Shown in pieces: positions 13,352 to 27,859 of a stretch of DNA of 64,000 nucleotides. The stretch comes from Octopus vulgaris. Lineage: Eukaryota. Every line of letters starts with the position of its first letter. The first letter of the stretch is position 1. A model generated the notes under the pieces. The model did not search any database and was not told where the DNA came from. It was given only the letters and a program-made list of their open reading frames with translations. A program made the translations under genes and the position numbers. The stretch spans positions 12,524,001-12,588,000 of the forward strand of contig OX597815.1 in NCBI GenBank assembly GCA_951406725.2, read 5' to 3'.

Positions 13352-14766
13352 ATTGAAACTAATGCTACAATTTAATGATTTGTTTCATATTAGACAGACT
13401 CTGTAATATCACTCTTTATTCTGATAAAGATATTGAAATTTATTTCTGAAATTTATATATGTATATTTGTTTATATATGAGATAGGATAACCTACTTAAA
13501 CGATTCTTGACATCGGAATCACATTTTAGAGATTGTTCAGAATATCTTAGTAGCAAAACTTAAACAATGAAACAGCTTCACTCGTTAGGGTCAGCACATT
13601 TATGTTGATATATTACAAATGTGAGAATAAACTTAGTTTACAATATGAAACAAACAGACATTTGAGAGGAGAAATAATAATTAATAAAATTGATACTAAA
13701 CAAGGCAATATCTTATCAGCTGGATACAGGTGTATAAACAAACTATACATGTTTAGAATTCACTTTCGAGCAGAGATAGAGAGACAGGTATTGCGGCTTC
13801 TTTGTTCTAGTACACCGTCTCATTATTTATTTCCGAGCTACACAGTTTTCACATGTAGTTTATACTACAACTAAGTCTTAGTAATACTATTTACGGTAGT
13901 TTAACAGTAGATCAGTTCTAATCGCTTAAACAAATGCACAAAAACAATCAGTGGTGAGCAATGGGCCTGATGGTTTTGATATAGTTTATAAGTAATACAT
14001 CAACAGATATAGGCCTCCATGTTAATGTGGCAGGGCGATGAGATGGGTGAAGTCATCGTGATATTTTCCTGGATAATATAAAGATTTATTTGAGACATTA
14101 TTCACATGACACATTGTCGTGTAGGCTTAGCATGCTCCAGGGTGTCTCGAAGTTGAAGTAATTAACGTATAAAAGTGCAATGAACTAACATAAACTGAAT
14201 ATTCGTCTTATCACATTACCGTGAGCCAACATTAAAATTGGCCACTTTAGGAAGAATATACGGCAAAGAAAAGTTAATAAGATGGACAATTAAATGTGTG
14301 ATTTATCTACTCTGGTTCGGGATATATCCATAATTTGTATTTACTCAACTGCCCAATGGGGCGTGTCAAAGTTTGCCATTGAAGTTATTCACAAGGAAGC
14401 TTTGCACAAAATTTGCAGACGAATGACGTGACGCAGCAGCAAAAAAAAAAATAAAACTGATTATTTTGTCATTAACGAAACTGATATTTATAGATAGCTA
14501 CTTCAATAAGTCTTTTATGACCTGGAATAATACCCATTTCTAATACCTTAGTGACGAACTGGAAAGATTTCAACATAACAAACACGTCCTATAAATGAGA
14601 ATGTTGAAATCAAATTTGGCAAGAAGAGAGGCCTTTAGCCTCGTGAATTAAATGGTATTGCTTTGTTGCCAGGACTATTAGCTTTATTGTTAAGACAAGG
14701 CACATCGTGCTTTCGTAAGTTTATTCCCCCACATAATACTTTAGCATGTCACCGATCTTTGTAATG

Positions 14767-14818
<52 letters not shown>

Positions 14819-15069
14819 TGTGCGTGTGTGTGTGTGTGTGTGTGTAGGTGTATGTGTGTACATATGTGTGTGTACGTTTGTGTGTATGTGAGTGTACGTG
14901 GATGTGTACGCGTGTGTGTTTATGTATGTGTGTGTGCGGGCATCTCTATGTATACATGTGTGTATGTATGTAAGAAAGTATGCATGCGCAGTCATATCGA
15001 TTACAGTAGTCGTATATAGACAGACAGATCGATAGAATGCAAATATATGCCCACGCATGTGCGCATAAA

Positions 15070-15136
<67 letters not shown>

Positions 15137-15139
<3 letters not shown>

Positions 15140-15320
15140 AAGAATTCACGAAAAAAGCAAAAGACGAAGGCAGGTGGTAGAAAGCAAACATATGTATTAG
15201 TATAACGCACGAGAATTGAAAAAAAATATACGTTTCGAGCTACGCTCTTCTACAGAAAGGAACACCGAAAGAAACAAGGAGAGAAAAAGGTGTGTAGTGG
15301 CTACCGATCTATCATGGCGA

Positions 15321-15324
<4 letters not shown>
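15137..15324 (-). mobile_element. Short (TA)n-flanked element with a minimal hammerhead-like motif (probably Penelope-derived)
   Basis: Minus strand 15260-15228 reads CTGTAGA-A-GAGC GTA GCTC-GAAA-CG-TA; the element is bounded by (TA)n on both sides. Confidence 0.5.
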
Positions 15325-15373
<49 letters not shown>

Positions 15374-15376
15374 GTA

Positions 15377-15440
<64 letters not shown>

Positions 15441-15458
15441 TATATAGACTTTTATATG

Positions 15459-15504
<46 letters not shown>

Positions 15505-15811
15505 ATCCAAACAAGAAAACACAAAAAAAAAAACAAAAAAAACACAGCAACGTGAGGACGTGGAACCAATAAAATATTATTGGACGCTCAGGAAAGAAGG
15601 GAAGAAGCAACATGCAACAAATTGGTCATAAAACGAATGCGTGAGAGGCCCATAGGACTTTTTAGTATTGCAGCATATTTTGCATGATGTTACATAAGGT
15701 TATCTGAAGTTGGGGTTTATGTTATATCCTTCTCAATGGCAGTAAGAGAAACAAATTTTAACTTTAATGAAATAACGAATAGCATATGCATGTAGATTAT
15801 TATTGTTTATA

Positions 15812-16324
15812 TCTCTATATATAAAACTGTAGTTGTGTGAGTGTCTGTCCCCTTCGATTTAGATTCCTAACTACTCCCACATTTTACGGTGCAGTTTAAC
15901 CAAATTCGGGTATCTTATAGTCGTGATTCATATCAAGCCCGTCTGTGTATTAGCGCGCGTCTACGATGAGTCTACGATTTTAAAAATAATTTAACATCAT
16001 TTTTTATTCCATTTTAATGCGTAATTTTTCGTGTGTCGATGGCGGCGGAGTTGGCGTCCATGGTCACACCTGCACCTGTTTGCTTCTCCCCCTTCTTCCC
16101 TCCCTCGTGAAGGTGTGGGGAAGGGAGTGTAAGGAAATCAACGTCGTAAAGCGTTGTCAAGGAGACCAGCGTTCTTTTAGAACAACGACTTCATGGCTTG
16201 AAGACACCAAAACAGAAATGGCTAAGAAAGCCCGAATTGGCATCTATAAGGGAAGTAACTCTCTAAAAATGCTTATATAGTTATTTCTCTTACAAACCCG
16301 AGCAACGCCGGGCGATACTGCTAG
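15812..16324 (+). mobile_element. Non-autonomous Helitron
   Basis: Starts A|TCTCTATATATAAA, ends with a GC-rich hairpin (CCCGAGCAACGCCGGG) followed by ...CTGCTAG|T; inserted between A and T with no TSD; its 3' ~65 nt is shared with 62750-63035. Confidence 0.85.
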
Positions 16325-18822
16325 TTAATTTATAAGAAATAAAAACGACACATAAAATATTTGCAATAAGTTAACCACAAACATAAATAGGAACACCAAT
16401 ATTTAATTATATATAATACAGCTAGAAAGGTCAATACGCAATCGCACATGTAGTCAATACTTATTTTAAATTATTTGCAATTTACCTTGTCGACCATCGT
16501 ATTTAATTCATTATAAGCCATTCGTGAAATGTATATTTATGTTCGTACCTCACTTTTCAAATCAGATACCTATGACGCAATGACAATGTCGCTGTCTCCT
16601 GTTCCCGCATACTATCGCCTTAGTTAATTTTAGATTTGATTTCCTGTATTAATTTTAATATTAATAAAATATGTAGCTCATTTAACAACTCACAATACAC
16701 ATAGAAACGCACATACATACACAGATACATATATAGACTTAGTCAAAAAAACTGACCGATACACACAGGGTTATAAATACTTATATGTGAATGTAGGACA
16801 GAAAGGGAGAACTCTGATAAGAAGGTATGTGTCTTGCAAACAACTTTCACATGCAAGTGCTACCAGTCAAAAGCTCCGTATACCGGAAACCAGCAAGTGT
16901 ATGGGGTCATCAGGCGAAAATGCGCGCTGTTTCGGGGCCTACCTCTCGACGGCATCAATGCGTACCGGCCCCCCTCATTGAAATGAGGCCCCGCTTGCTA
17001 GATCAGCTGGTTATGAAGTTAAACTCAATATCCTTCTAGCCATCGCTCATCGTCCCTTTTTAACCAAATCCAGTGCATAGCCTTCTCCACTGTAGATTGG
17101 ATATCAGTCATAGTAGTATCAATAAAGTTAATAAATGTTTGAAAAATACATAGTTAATAAGAATCAAAACAAAACATCATTACAAAAAGAATTTCCCATA
17201 TATACTACAGCTAATTCATGAAAATTTCTTTCTAAATCATTGCTTTTAACATTATCAAAGCTGATAAACTTGCAGTTGATTACCGTTTGTTATTGTAATT
17301 GCACTTCCTGCTGTTGTTGCTTTGCTACAGTTTTTGTTCTGTTTTTGATATTTGTGGATTTAGCCCTAGAGCAGACCTACTCGAACAGGTATATAATTAC
17401 AAATATACCAGTTCTTAAGAATAATGCGTTTGTTTCACAGATTTTATGATTTGGGGCACATTTTTCAGACATATTTTGATACGATCTCTAGCTCTTTCTG
17501 TGACAGCGTAAAACTCACTCGCAAACATGAAAGGATGATTATTTTCATGGTGGTCAAGTGTTAAGCTTCTAGCAAACAGCTGTGTTTCAGTGATACAATC
17601 ATTAATAAAAATACGTTGAAAATGATATGAATAATCTACATAAATTCGTAGTCTGATTCATAGGTTATTCTATTAATACCATCATTTGATCTATAGTTTT
17701 TAAGGTACTGTTACTGAACAGTAAAACGTTAGCCTATCGTTGATGAAAATAAACCTAAATTATTAGATTAGTTAAAATTTTATTTTTGCATATATAGTTT
17801 TTTATAACTTATACACAATTTATGAAATTTATGAGAAATAGAAATCATTGAAACCGTAAAATGTTATTGCTTCCTTATTTTATCAAAGCCGGAATGATAT
17901 ACGCCATAGTTCACTTTACGAGTATTTAGAGGGACCTAAGTTATAAGCTAAACTTCTAACGCTTAATCCAATTCCAATACGTGGTAGTGATATTGATTTC
18001 TAAAATTCAGTTAAGGCCATAAAATGTAGGAAATGACATAGTCAATATATATCATTTATGTATATAGTAAATAAGATCGTCCCTAGTACGACGCGTGAAA
18101 GTTAAAATGAGAAATGATTTGAACTGATACCCAGATAACTTGATGAGATTTTAACTAAGAGTATGGTAAATAAATTTTGCAATATATTGTTACCAGCGTT
18201 GTAACAATTGTGTCTATAATGTTAAAATCCAGACTGATTTAATGAAAAGTAGACTTCAATCGATATTGAACTCCGAATCACAAAACAATTTTTATAGTTG
18301 TTACTATTAAAGTACCTCTGTTTATGAAGTCTCCTTATAGTAAATATATATGAACTGCATTAAAAAAATACGATCATTAACACTCTCAAAACATTGTCCA
18401 TTGTTCTGTTTTCGATTTCCTTGAGGCAAATGAAATAATATAATATAATGTAAAACATACAGCATAAAATCGAAACTTTCAATTGTTAAAAAAAAGCAAT
18501 AGCAACTAAGTACAAGAGCAATATATTATTCATAGACTGAGAGATCTTGGAGACAAATATTACTAAAAATACAAACATATGATCAATTATCGATGGTGTC
18601 AAAGTTAAGAAAGAAAGCCCCTACAGAATTAAATAAACATATATCGATATTTTTCTTGGAAAAAATTATGAATTGATATGAATATTTTACTTGAATATGG
18701 TACTGGGCGTCGCAGAACAAGATAAAAAATCCGGTACAAATCGCGACATCAGTGTGTTTGAAACCCGTATTGAGCCACTCCCGTACGTTATGGCTGGTTC
18801 CAGTATGAATGGCATGTATGTA

Positions 18823-18897
<75 letters not shown>

Positions 18898-19876
18898 TTA
18901 TATATGTGTGTTGTGATTGTGTGTTTGCGTGTCAGTGTGTCAGTATGTCTGTATGTCTGTCTATGGTTTTTGATGCTTTAAAACGTAGAGTATTTAATAC
19001 TGCACATTGCGAATTTTGATCACCGTTATATAACAGATACTAACTATCATTTCTGAAGAGACGCGAACTTTATTTCAATCGTTAGCTACATTCACTTATA
19101 TTTGCAATAACTGCGTAGCTTCTCTTCTTATTTATAAATACAAACAGAACAAACTTGCTATCTCAATGGGAGTCAATGTCCGATATCCATATTTCTTGGG
19201 AATTAAACGACAACCATAAGTAAAAATGCTATGGGGCGAAACTTCGTTAACCTCAATAGAATTTCCTAATAGAATGAAGTGTTTTCTGTTACGACCAGCC
19301 TGTACAGAATGTTTTCTTGTTGACAGCAAGTAACTTCAACGGTGTAGATCTACTAGTTCACATTTATACTGAGCATAGCAAGTATAAAAAGAGTTTATCA
19401 AATTGTACAAACGTGATATACGTTAAATTCCTAGCATTTGTAGTAAGAGGATATCTTCCGCAATCTGTTTGTACCGTATAACATTGAAGAGAGCAATGAG
19501 GACATATATGACCAGACTCAGACGCATTGCATATAGTGGAAGACGTTTCCTAATTAATACCATTACTAGAATATGAACCAAGCTTTATTTTAGAAAGGTC
19601 TTTGCTTAATTTAATATGGCACGATACAAATAAAAGAACAGGGAATCGAATGCATTTGAAACACTGGTCTTCGTCGAGAATCTGTTTACAAAGATCTATA
19701 ATTCATGCAAGTCTATGTAATAATTGCACAATTTTATTTCACGGAGACAGATTCAGGATATATATATATATATGCGTGTGTGTGTGTGTGTGCGTTAGAG
19801 AAAATAATATCGCCATTGAATACTCATTTATTTCACCTATTACATACGCTTCAATATTCAACAACACATATCACCC

Positions 19877-20382
19877 TATAGATGCTATCTGTAGATACGG
19901 CTTATAAGGGCCCACATCCCGAGCATATGTGCTGTCAGACAGTTATATAGGTTATACATGTATGAGACTAGAAGCAATCGAATTTAATCACACTAAAATC
20001 ACGGGTAAATAGAGGGGAAGAGAAATCAAGAATGTCGGTTAGAAAAGCGACCGTCATTATAACGAAGTGGATTGGTGTTTGTAAGGGTAGAAGAAAATAG
20101 TCAATGGGGTCTTAGGTCGCTTTTACGCAACCTTATGTGAGGGGAAGTTGGAGCAGTCTGTTAGGGGACATTACAAGCTGGCAACAGGATAAGATTCATT
20201 AGATCACTAGGAGCTAACATCAGATCACTAGGAGCTAACATCGCAGTGACAATCTCAGCCGACACACCGACATTTTACTTGATGCTAGTCTCATACTTGT
20301 GTATCATATATGACTGTGTAATGAATGATATGTTTGCTCACCGTGATGGACTTATATTATACATCTACTGGTGGCATCTATA
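19877..20382. mobile_element. Degenerate fold-back / MITE-like element
   Basis: About 100-bp imperfect inverted arms, 19877-19977 (tatagatgctatctgtagat...gtatgagactagaagcaa) and 20279-20382 (ttgatgctagtctcatac...atctactggtggcatctata). Confidence 0.7.
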
Positions 20383-21341
20383 ATGAGATAATATGAGTTA
20401 CTAAATATTGAAAAATATATGACAATTGGAATAAAGGAGAACCCAATCAATGACCATATTCTTTGCTCTTATTATTTCTGTGTTCTTTCTATTACGCCAT
20501 AACCTATTCTCGGACAGTGGGCGGCCAATGCAATTACCATTAGGGTTAAAAATGGAGTTTTTTAATTTCGCTGTATGTATGTATATATATGACGATATTA
20601 AATATAGAAACGGCAAAATCAAATATATTTCAAATAGCATTATATGATATTAACATGAAATAACTGGATGTTAATACAAGGTTTCTGTTAAATAATTAAG
20701 GAAAGCCGCATGAAATGTATTGCAACACCATGTGAGGTTTGTCTGATGCATACAACGAGAACATAACGTCGATTCGATAGAAGATGCAGCTTACTATGAT
20801 GAATCTTAAGAAAAGACAAAAATAATTGGATTAAAATGAGTGGATAAGGAGGTACAGACGAGAAAAAAAAAACTAGACGAAAAAGCAAAGAATACATACG
20901 CCAATAATATATGGAAAATGATATTATCCTGAATAGTATTTTACTAATGTGATCAATAATAATATATAAGAAAGAAAACGTAGTAAAATCTTCAGAAAAC
21001 TTATTAAAGCCACCAGTATCTATAATGGTGAATAACAAAATGTAACTATATGTTTTTTTTTAACAATTTCGTTAATAAAAAGAATGCAAAATATATCGCA
21101 AGAAGGTGGTATGCCATTCAGTAGGAAAGATTAAAAATAACTCAATACAATATAGAAAGAATTCATGAAACTAACAGATAGAAACAAGTAAATAATATAC
21201 TGTGTGCGTCTGTGTGTGAATTCATTAATATATACACACACTCCAACTAATCATCTACCAATATATATATATGGAGAGAAAGAGAGATGGGGAGGAAGGG
21301 AGAGGTAGAGAGAGATATAGTTAGATAGATGTGGTGCATAA

Positions 21342-21399
<58 letters not shown>

Positions 21400-24300
21400 C
21401 ATATATATATATGTATATACATATATATATATGTATATACATATATATATATAGAGTATATATATATATATGTATATATATATACTCTAGTAACGCTGTA
21501 CTTGTTGCATTTCAGTTCTAAAGTGCGAATAACAACCTTAATATATGTGAGTGCATGTGTGTGTTTGTGTGGGAACAGAGAGAGTGAGTGAGAGAAATAT
21601 TCAGAGCAAACATAGACGAATGTAGATATATGAACGTTGTCATTTGAATGTACATGAAGGCTCAGCATTAGAAAAAGAAGAACGTGATTTATGGGAATAT
21701 TAAGCTTCCCGAATCGTTACTTCGTGTATTTCATTACAAGGATTTAATTGATTATGAAATTAGAATAGCTATTTTGCATATCAAAACCATGCAAAATCGT
21801 ATTTCAAAATCATGACGAATGTGCTTTGGTTGAAATGTAAAACATAAGCTATACTAATAATTGACGAGGTCATCGTTAACTGAAATGAGAATATTTTGTC
21901 ATGTTCTGAAGTGAAATGGCGGGAAGGTTCAAAAACTCTGATATGTATGCTAATATTTACACGTAAATATGAATCAATACTCAGAAATATCTACCTCGGT
22001 TGAAAACGGATAATGCATGCATGTGGGTAAGACATAAACCCGTTTGTAATGTAAAACCGAGAGATGTAGTGTTTTAAAATCGGATATCGCTGCGTCGCTT
22101 GCTGCATTTTCTCGGGAATCAGCTTAACACTTTCCAGGTACAAAATTATCCACATTAACATTCGAATATATACTACAATCACTAATAATTTTTGCTAGTA
22201 AAAAGTCAGTTTTCATTTGCATTTTTAAAAAGAAACTCCAAAAGCGTTCGCTATGCTGACTAATATTACCTATAAGTTTGAAAACCTATTTTTCCAAGTA
22301 ACTGAATATTATATTTTCAGAATCCATGTAAATCTCAACTGTTCATGTATGTCAAACAGTAAAGTTATTGTCAATGTATAATCCTCCTTGCATTTTAGAA
22401 AAGTATCATTAAAATATATTTTCAAAAATTGTATATTGTTGTTTAACCTAGAGCGTGAGCTATTATGTATGCGGGAAATAATATATCTCCGTTTGCCACA
22501 CCACAGGATGCATTATCTCTTGATACAGCATGTTAATACATTTTGCATTTCCTTATGTGCTCCATAATTTTAAAATCAGATCTACTAATTTCTTCGACAT
22601 TACTGATATTAAGGCTTTCGGGAGATATCTGATAACTATAAACATTTCATGATATATGTAAACGGTTAAGTTACAATTGTACTTTAACTCTATAATGAAA
22701 CTGAAAGTGCACTCCTTCCTAGATATCAGTGTTTTAGATATCATATACTTTTAATATGTGCCTGTTAAATAAATCAGGTTTTAGCGGATACTTTGAGTAT
22801 CCTGCCTTTTGAGTTGCTAGCAAATGTAACTTAATGATCTCTAAATAGAAAATGTGTACATCGTTAGATAATATGCGATTTTAATACAGGTTTAAATCTC
22901 CTAATCTAACAATGTTTCTTCCAAGTATCAGTAAATGTTATCGTTTTTATCTTCAAAACAGTCAACATTACATATCGATTCTTATTCTTATTATAATGAC
23001 GAGCCTAACATCTGGGGTTTCTGAGGTAAATTACACATAAAGTGTTTCATAATATAATGTAGTATATTGCATAAATATATGCTCCCATTGTGCTAGAGAT
23101 TTCTTAAATACCCGAAGGGGTTTTGTATCTATTCATGTTGGATGAACATTGAAGATTGCATTAACATTTTCCTAAAACTTAACAAACAACAATAATATAG
23201 ACCTTTATTCGAACTTGTATCTCTTTTATTCCTTATAATTGTGTGTTTAACGATAATTGGCTTTTGCTCTCTCTAATCTACTGCGTCAAAATAACCGGAT
23301 GATACTACGTTATGTTTTATATCAGCGTAAGCAACAATTCCTTTAGAAACCACTTCTATCAAAATATTCACTCATTGTTAAAATCTGAAAGGAAACCTCT
23401 CTAAATACATTTTCAAGCAAACATGATCTGATGTTTAAAATCTAATAGCAACATCACATTCTTGATTTTATTTGCTTAGAGGAAAGTTCCCAATCAAATC
23501 TGCGTAGAAATCCTTCTTTAGAAGTAAATGCTATGTATAGTATTTCAATATAGAGAATTACAGAGCGTTTACAAATGCTTTTTTCCCTTTGTATTTCCTT
23601 CTTTTTTTATTTAATTCGTATAGCGAAAACTAGTGAAAATGAAGCAGGCAAATTATTTCATCTTTAGTTTTTATTACCAGTAGTTTTTAAATAATTCAAT
23701 CTTGTTTAAGCAAGACCTATCTTTGCAATGAGCTCCCTGTATTAAATTGGAAACTAGTACAATCATAGTGCAGGTCCAGCCTTTCACTTACGAACTACCA
23801 CATTCCGGATGTTGCACCGAGTAAGGAGGCAGTATGATAAAATGCTTATATGTTCCTCTCTCTGTGGTTACAATGATATTGAGCATGCGTCGTATAATAC
23901 ATTCAGCGTTATCTTGCATAGAACTGTGGCGCTTGATATACTGTGAATAAAAATGCATGAGAAAGACAGTCGGATGAACAGTGTGACTCGTTCAAGGTAT
24001 CCGTATTGCCATACGCTTAATGTGCTTAAGAATTATGATGGATGTACATTGGAGTGTGAAATACTCCGTCATTCGAACGAAGCAAAAAATGTGCCCGACA
24101 GTTTAGTTAATCAAACAACCGAATACTTACTATTTACGTGTGCCTGTGTGTACTTGTGTGCATGTTTGAGTGAGGTACGTGGTTATGTCATTGTATGTAT
24201 GCAAACATGTACCTATGCGTTTGTACATTTGTGTGTATAAATTTATATATATACTTAGCCGTTCGTTGTTTCTGCACATTTTTTTCTATTCTCGACAACA

Positions 24301-24419
24301 ATCCTTTCCTCTTCCCAAAGAATTGCATTTCCTTCAAATATGAGCGACGTCTTTTCACTCTGGTTTTGTTTCTCAAATCTCTCTTCGTCTCTGGATGTTT
24401 CTTTGTGTGTGCACGTGTG

Positions 24420-24449
<30 letters not shown>

Positions 24450-24486
<37 letters not shown>

Positions 24487-24522
24487 GGATAGATAAATAG
24501 ATAGATAGATAGATAGATAGAT

Positions 24523-24599
<77 letters not shown>

Positions 24600-24640
24600 T
24601 AGATAGATAGATATTAGATATTGATATTGATATAGATATA
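24450..24640. repeat. (AGAT)n tetranucleotide microsatellite
   Basis: Direct reading; (TCTA)n tracts also at about 29600-29680, 37535-37620 and 40695-40760. Confidence 0.97.
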
Positions 24641-24696
24641 CATAGATAAAACTTACTTCCAAATGGATACGTGGCATTCGATCATATAATAATATA

Positions 24697-24743
<47 letters not shown>

Positions 24744-24876
24744 TATGATTTTGATATTGATTTTTCCAGTTTCAGCTAATGAGCTGTGGCCATGTTGGGG
24801 CACCGCCATATGCATATGTACATACATATGTAAAGTTGTTCATGTAGGTATATATGCATATATATATTATTTATAC

Positions 24877-24915
<39 letters not shown>

Positions 24916-25734
24916 TATGTATACATATATATGTGTGTGAGAGTGTGTATGTATTCATGTGTGTCTGTTTGCATGTGTATGTGTGTGTGTGTGCGTGCGC
25001 GCGCTTAGACGTGTAGTCTATCATAAATCAACATGATATGCATATATGTAAAACACTATTAACAACAGCTTTCGTATTCGCTCGAGTGTGAAATTTCAGA
25101 AACAAGTCTACATTAGAGGTGGATTTACTGATTAATCTCCTAAATGCTTCTATTGAAAAATATTGACTTCTTTCACAATGCTTTGCTAGTTTATTTGTGT
25201 ACTTTATAAATGCTGTTGGTATACGCGTCGAATAATTATAGTGTAATAATACGTGTGCCATTTGGTGAAAGCAAATAAATAATCCAAAATATATATATAA
25301 ATTTAGCCCCGCTCCATTATACATTTAAAAAATATATATATATAACTACTTAGTTTATGTTCAGAAACGGAACAATAACATATATTACAAACGTGCGGAA
25401 AAGAAGTATTGTAAGATAAGATAATAGGTGAAAGTTGTGGTTCTATTAAGATAATATGTCCGAATTTCCAACATATGCTGAATTCGAAGAGCGTTATCTG
25501 CTTCCAGAATTACTAAGATAGTTTATATAAACAGATATTACCCTTCTAAATATTTTAAAATGTAAATAAAACTTCGAACGAAACCGGAATGCAAGACATT
25601 TATTGTTTTGCATCTAGGTTCTGTTTACTATTCTTTCTTTTTTCTGTTTCCTCCTTTCTATTATTGATATCCTCATCATCATTACCTTACTCATCCACAA
25701 AATTGTGTAATTGATGATGTAGTTGCTGTTGTTA

Positions 25735-25735
25735 G

Positions 25736-25774
<39 letters not shown>

Positions 25775-25888
25775 TTATGTTATTATTATTATGAGTGTTA
25801 TCATTATTGTTGTTGCTGTTCTTCTTCTTATTATTATTATTATCATTATTATTATTATTATTATTGTTATTATTATTATTATTATCAT

Positions 25889-25947
<59 letters not shown>

Positions 25948-25970
25948 TCATCATCATCATCATCACCACC
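25735..25970. repeat. Compound (TTA)n(GTA)n(TCA)n trinucleotide microsatellite
   Basis: Direct reading; source of the poly-N/T/L/V ORFs. Confidence 0.97.
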
Positions 25971-26137
25971 CGTATTGATTTTGTTTTGGGAGTATGAGAA
26001 ATTTCTCATGAACTATTTATCACTGCAACACTGATGTGTAGGGCAGGTTAATGTCAGTAATTTATAAAGTAGATAATGCGGCACGATCAAATATTTATCA
26101 CTAATACTAACCTATGTGCCATTCAATGAACTGCTAA

Positions 26138-26173
<36 letters not shown>

Positions 26174-26387
26174 ACATATTGGGATAAGCAAACATAACGT
26201 CGATGTACAGTGCAAGTATATTGAATTTTGGAAATTTAAAATAAACAAGAAAACAGAGCAAAAGTTAAGTATTTCAGCAGATAGAAAATTGCGTTATTCT
26301 TCAATTTCACTATTTAGAAAATAAAGAATACAATTTATAGCCATCCTTAAAGCATACATCAATCTTTCCCCCACCTCTCGCTCTAAA

Positions 26388-26597
<210 letters not shown>

Positions 26598-26632
26598 GTA
26601 TGTATATCGTTTATTGTGCGTTTCATATTTTA

Positions 26633-26915
26633 ATTGTTTCAGTGATTAGACTGCGACTATACTATGCTTGGGCTCCACCCTTGAAGAATTTAAGGCAAAT
26701 GTGTTGCCCTCAGTACTTATAGTTTTTAAACCTGGTACTTATTCTATCTGGCTCTATTGCCCGAACTGCTAAATTTCGAGGAAATAAACACAGCACCACC
26801 GGTTTTCAACAGCTGGTGGCTTGACAAAAACACAGCCGATATACACTCATAACGACGCACATATATACATATATGAGGAGCTTCTTTCAATTTCCGTCTA
26901 CCAAATCCACTCAGA
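26633..26915 (-). mobile_element. SINE family B, headless diverged copy
   Basis: ttgtttcagtgattagactgcg tail, tacttattctatc, ccgaactgctaa, tttccgtctaccaaatccactca. Confidence 0.7.
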
Positions 26916-27213
26916 AAGTATGGTCTTCTGTAATTATACTTTCTTCTAAATTTGTTACTAATTGCCATCGTTTCCTTATCATACGACGTTTATAACTTAC
27001 ATCATGTCATCAATATCATGTAATTTTCTTGAAAATTCCTTATTACATATAACCCTGAAAAATTAATCCAAATAGGAATGACGTCTAGTAATAATAATGG
27101 CCAATCAGCTTCACCCGTGGAGATTTGTCCACAAATGTACTATCTTGTAGGAATAATTGTTTCACTAAGCTATTTTCTTTTACACTATTTACACGTATTG
27201 ATATATAATACAA

Positions 27214-27271
<58 letters not shown>

Positions 27272-27859
27272 TATATCAGCGTGTGTGTGTGTGTGCTTGC
27301 GTATGAGACATCATTGTTCGTTTAATTCAATAATGTAGAAAACGAAGTTGTTATACACAAAATGTGATCATATCAAAATTTGGTCATTTCGTCAAATTTG
27401 ATAATTAAAATAACAAGAATGTACAAGGTTTAGTGCAAGGTAGAATGCAATTAGATTCGAATCTAAGCTTTATCGTTGATAACTTTCCTGTGAATAGCCC
27501 TACATATTAAGCACCCTCTCAAAAATCATTTTCTCTTTCTCGCGGGTATAGACTACAAAATTCGACTGAAAAATCATTATTTCATTGTTTGCCCTATGAA
27601 ATTCATATTTCTTTCCTTTATCATTTTTTTTTTTTTTTGCCAGTTCTGAAATTAATGACAAATTATTTTGTGATCTGGAACCCTTTATTTCAATATTGTC
27701 AATATAAAATTCTAACATAAGCCTAATATTAGATTTGTCTTCAGAGCCGGGAATGTTTCGGTCAATTACATTCAGTGCAGTATCTAAATGGATCTTTATT
27801 TTATCGACAGAAATATAAAGTGCTAATTTGAACCTCACGGGGCTTAAAATGAGAACGTA

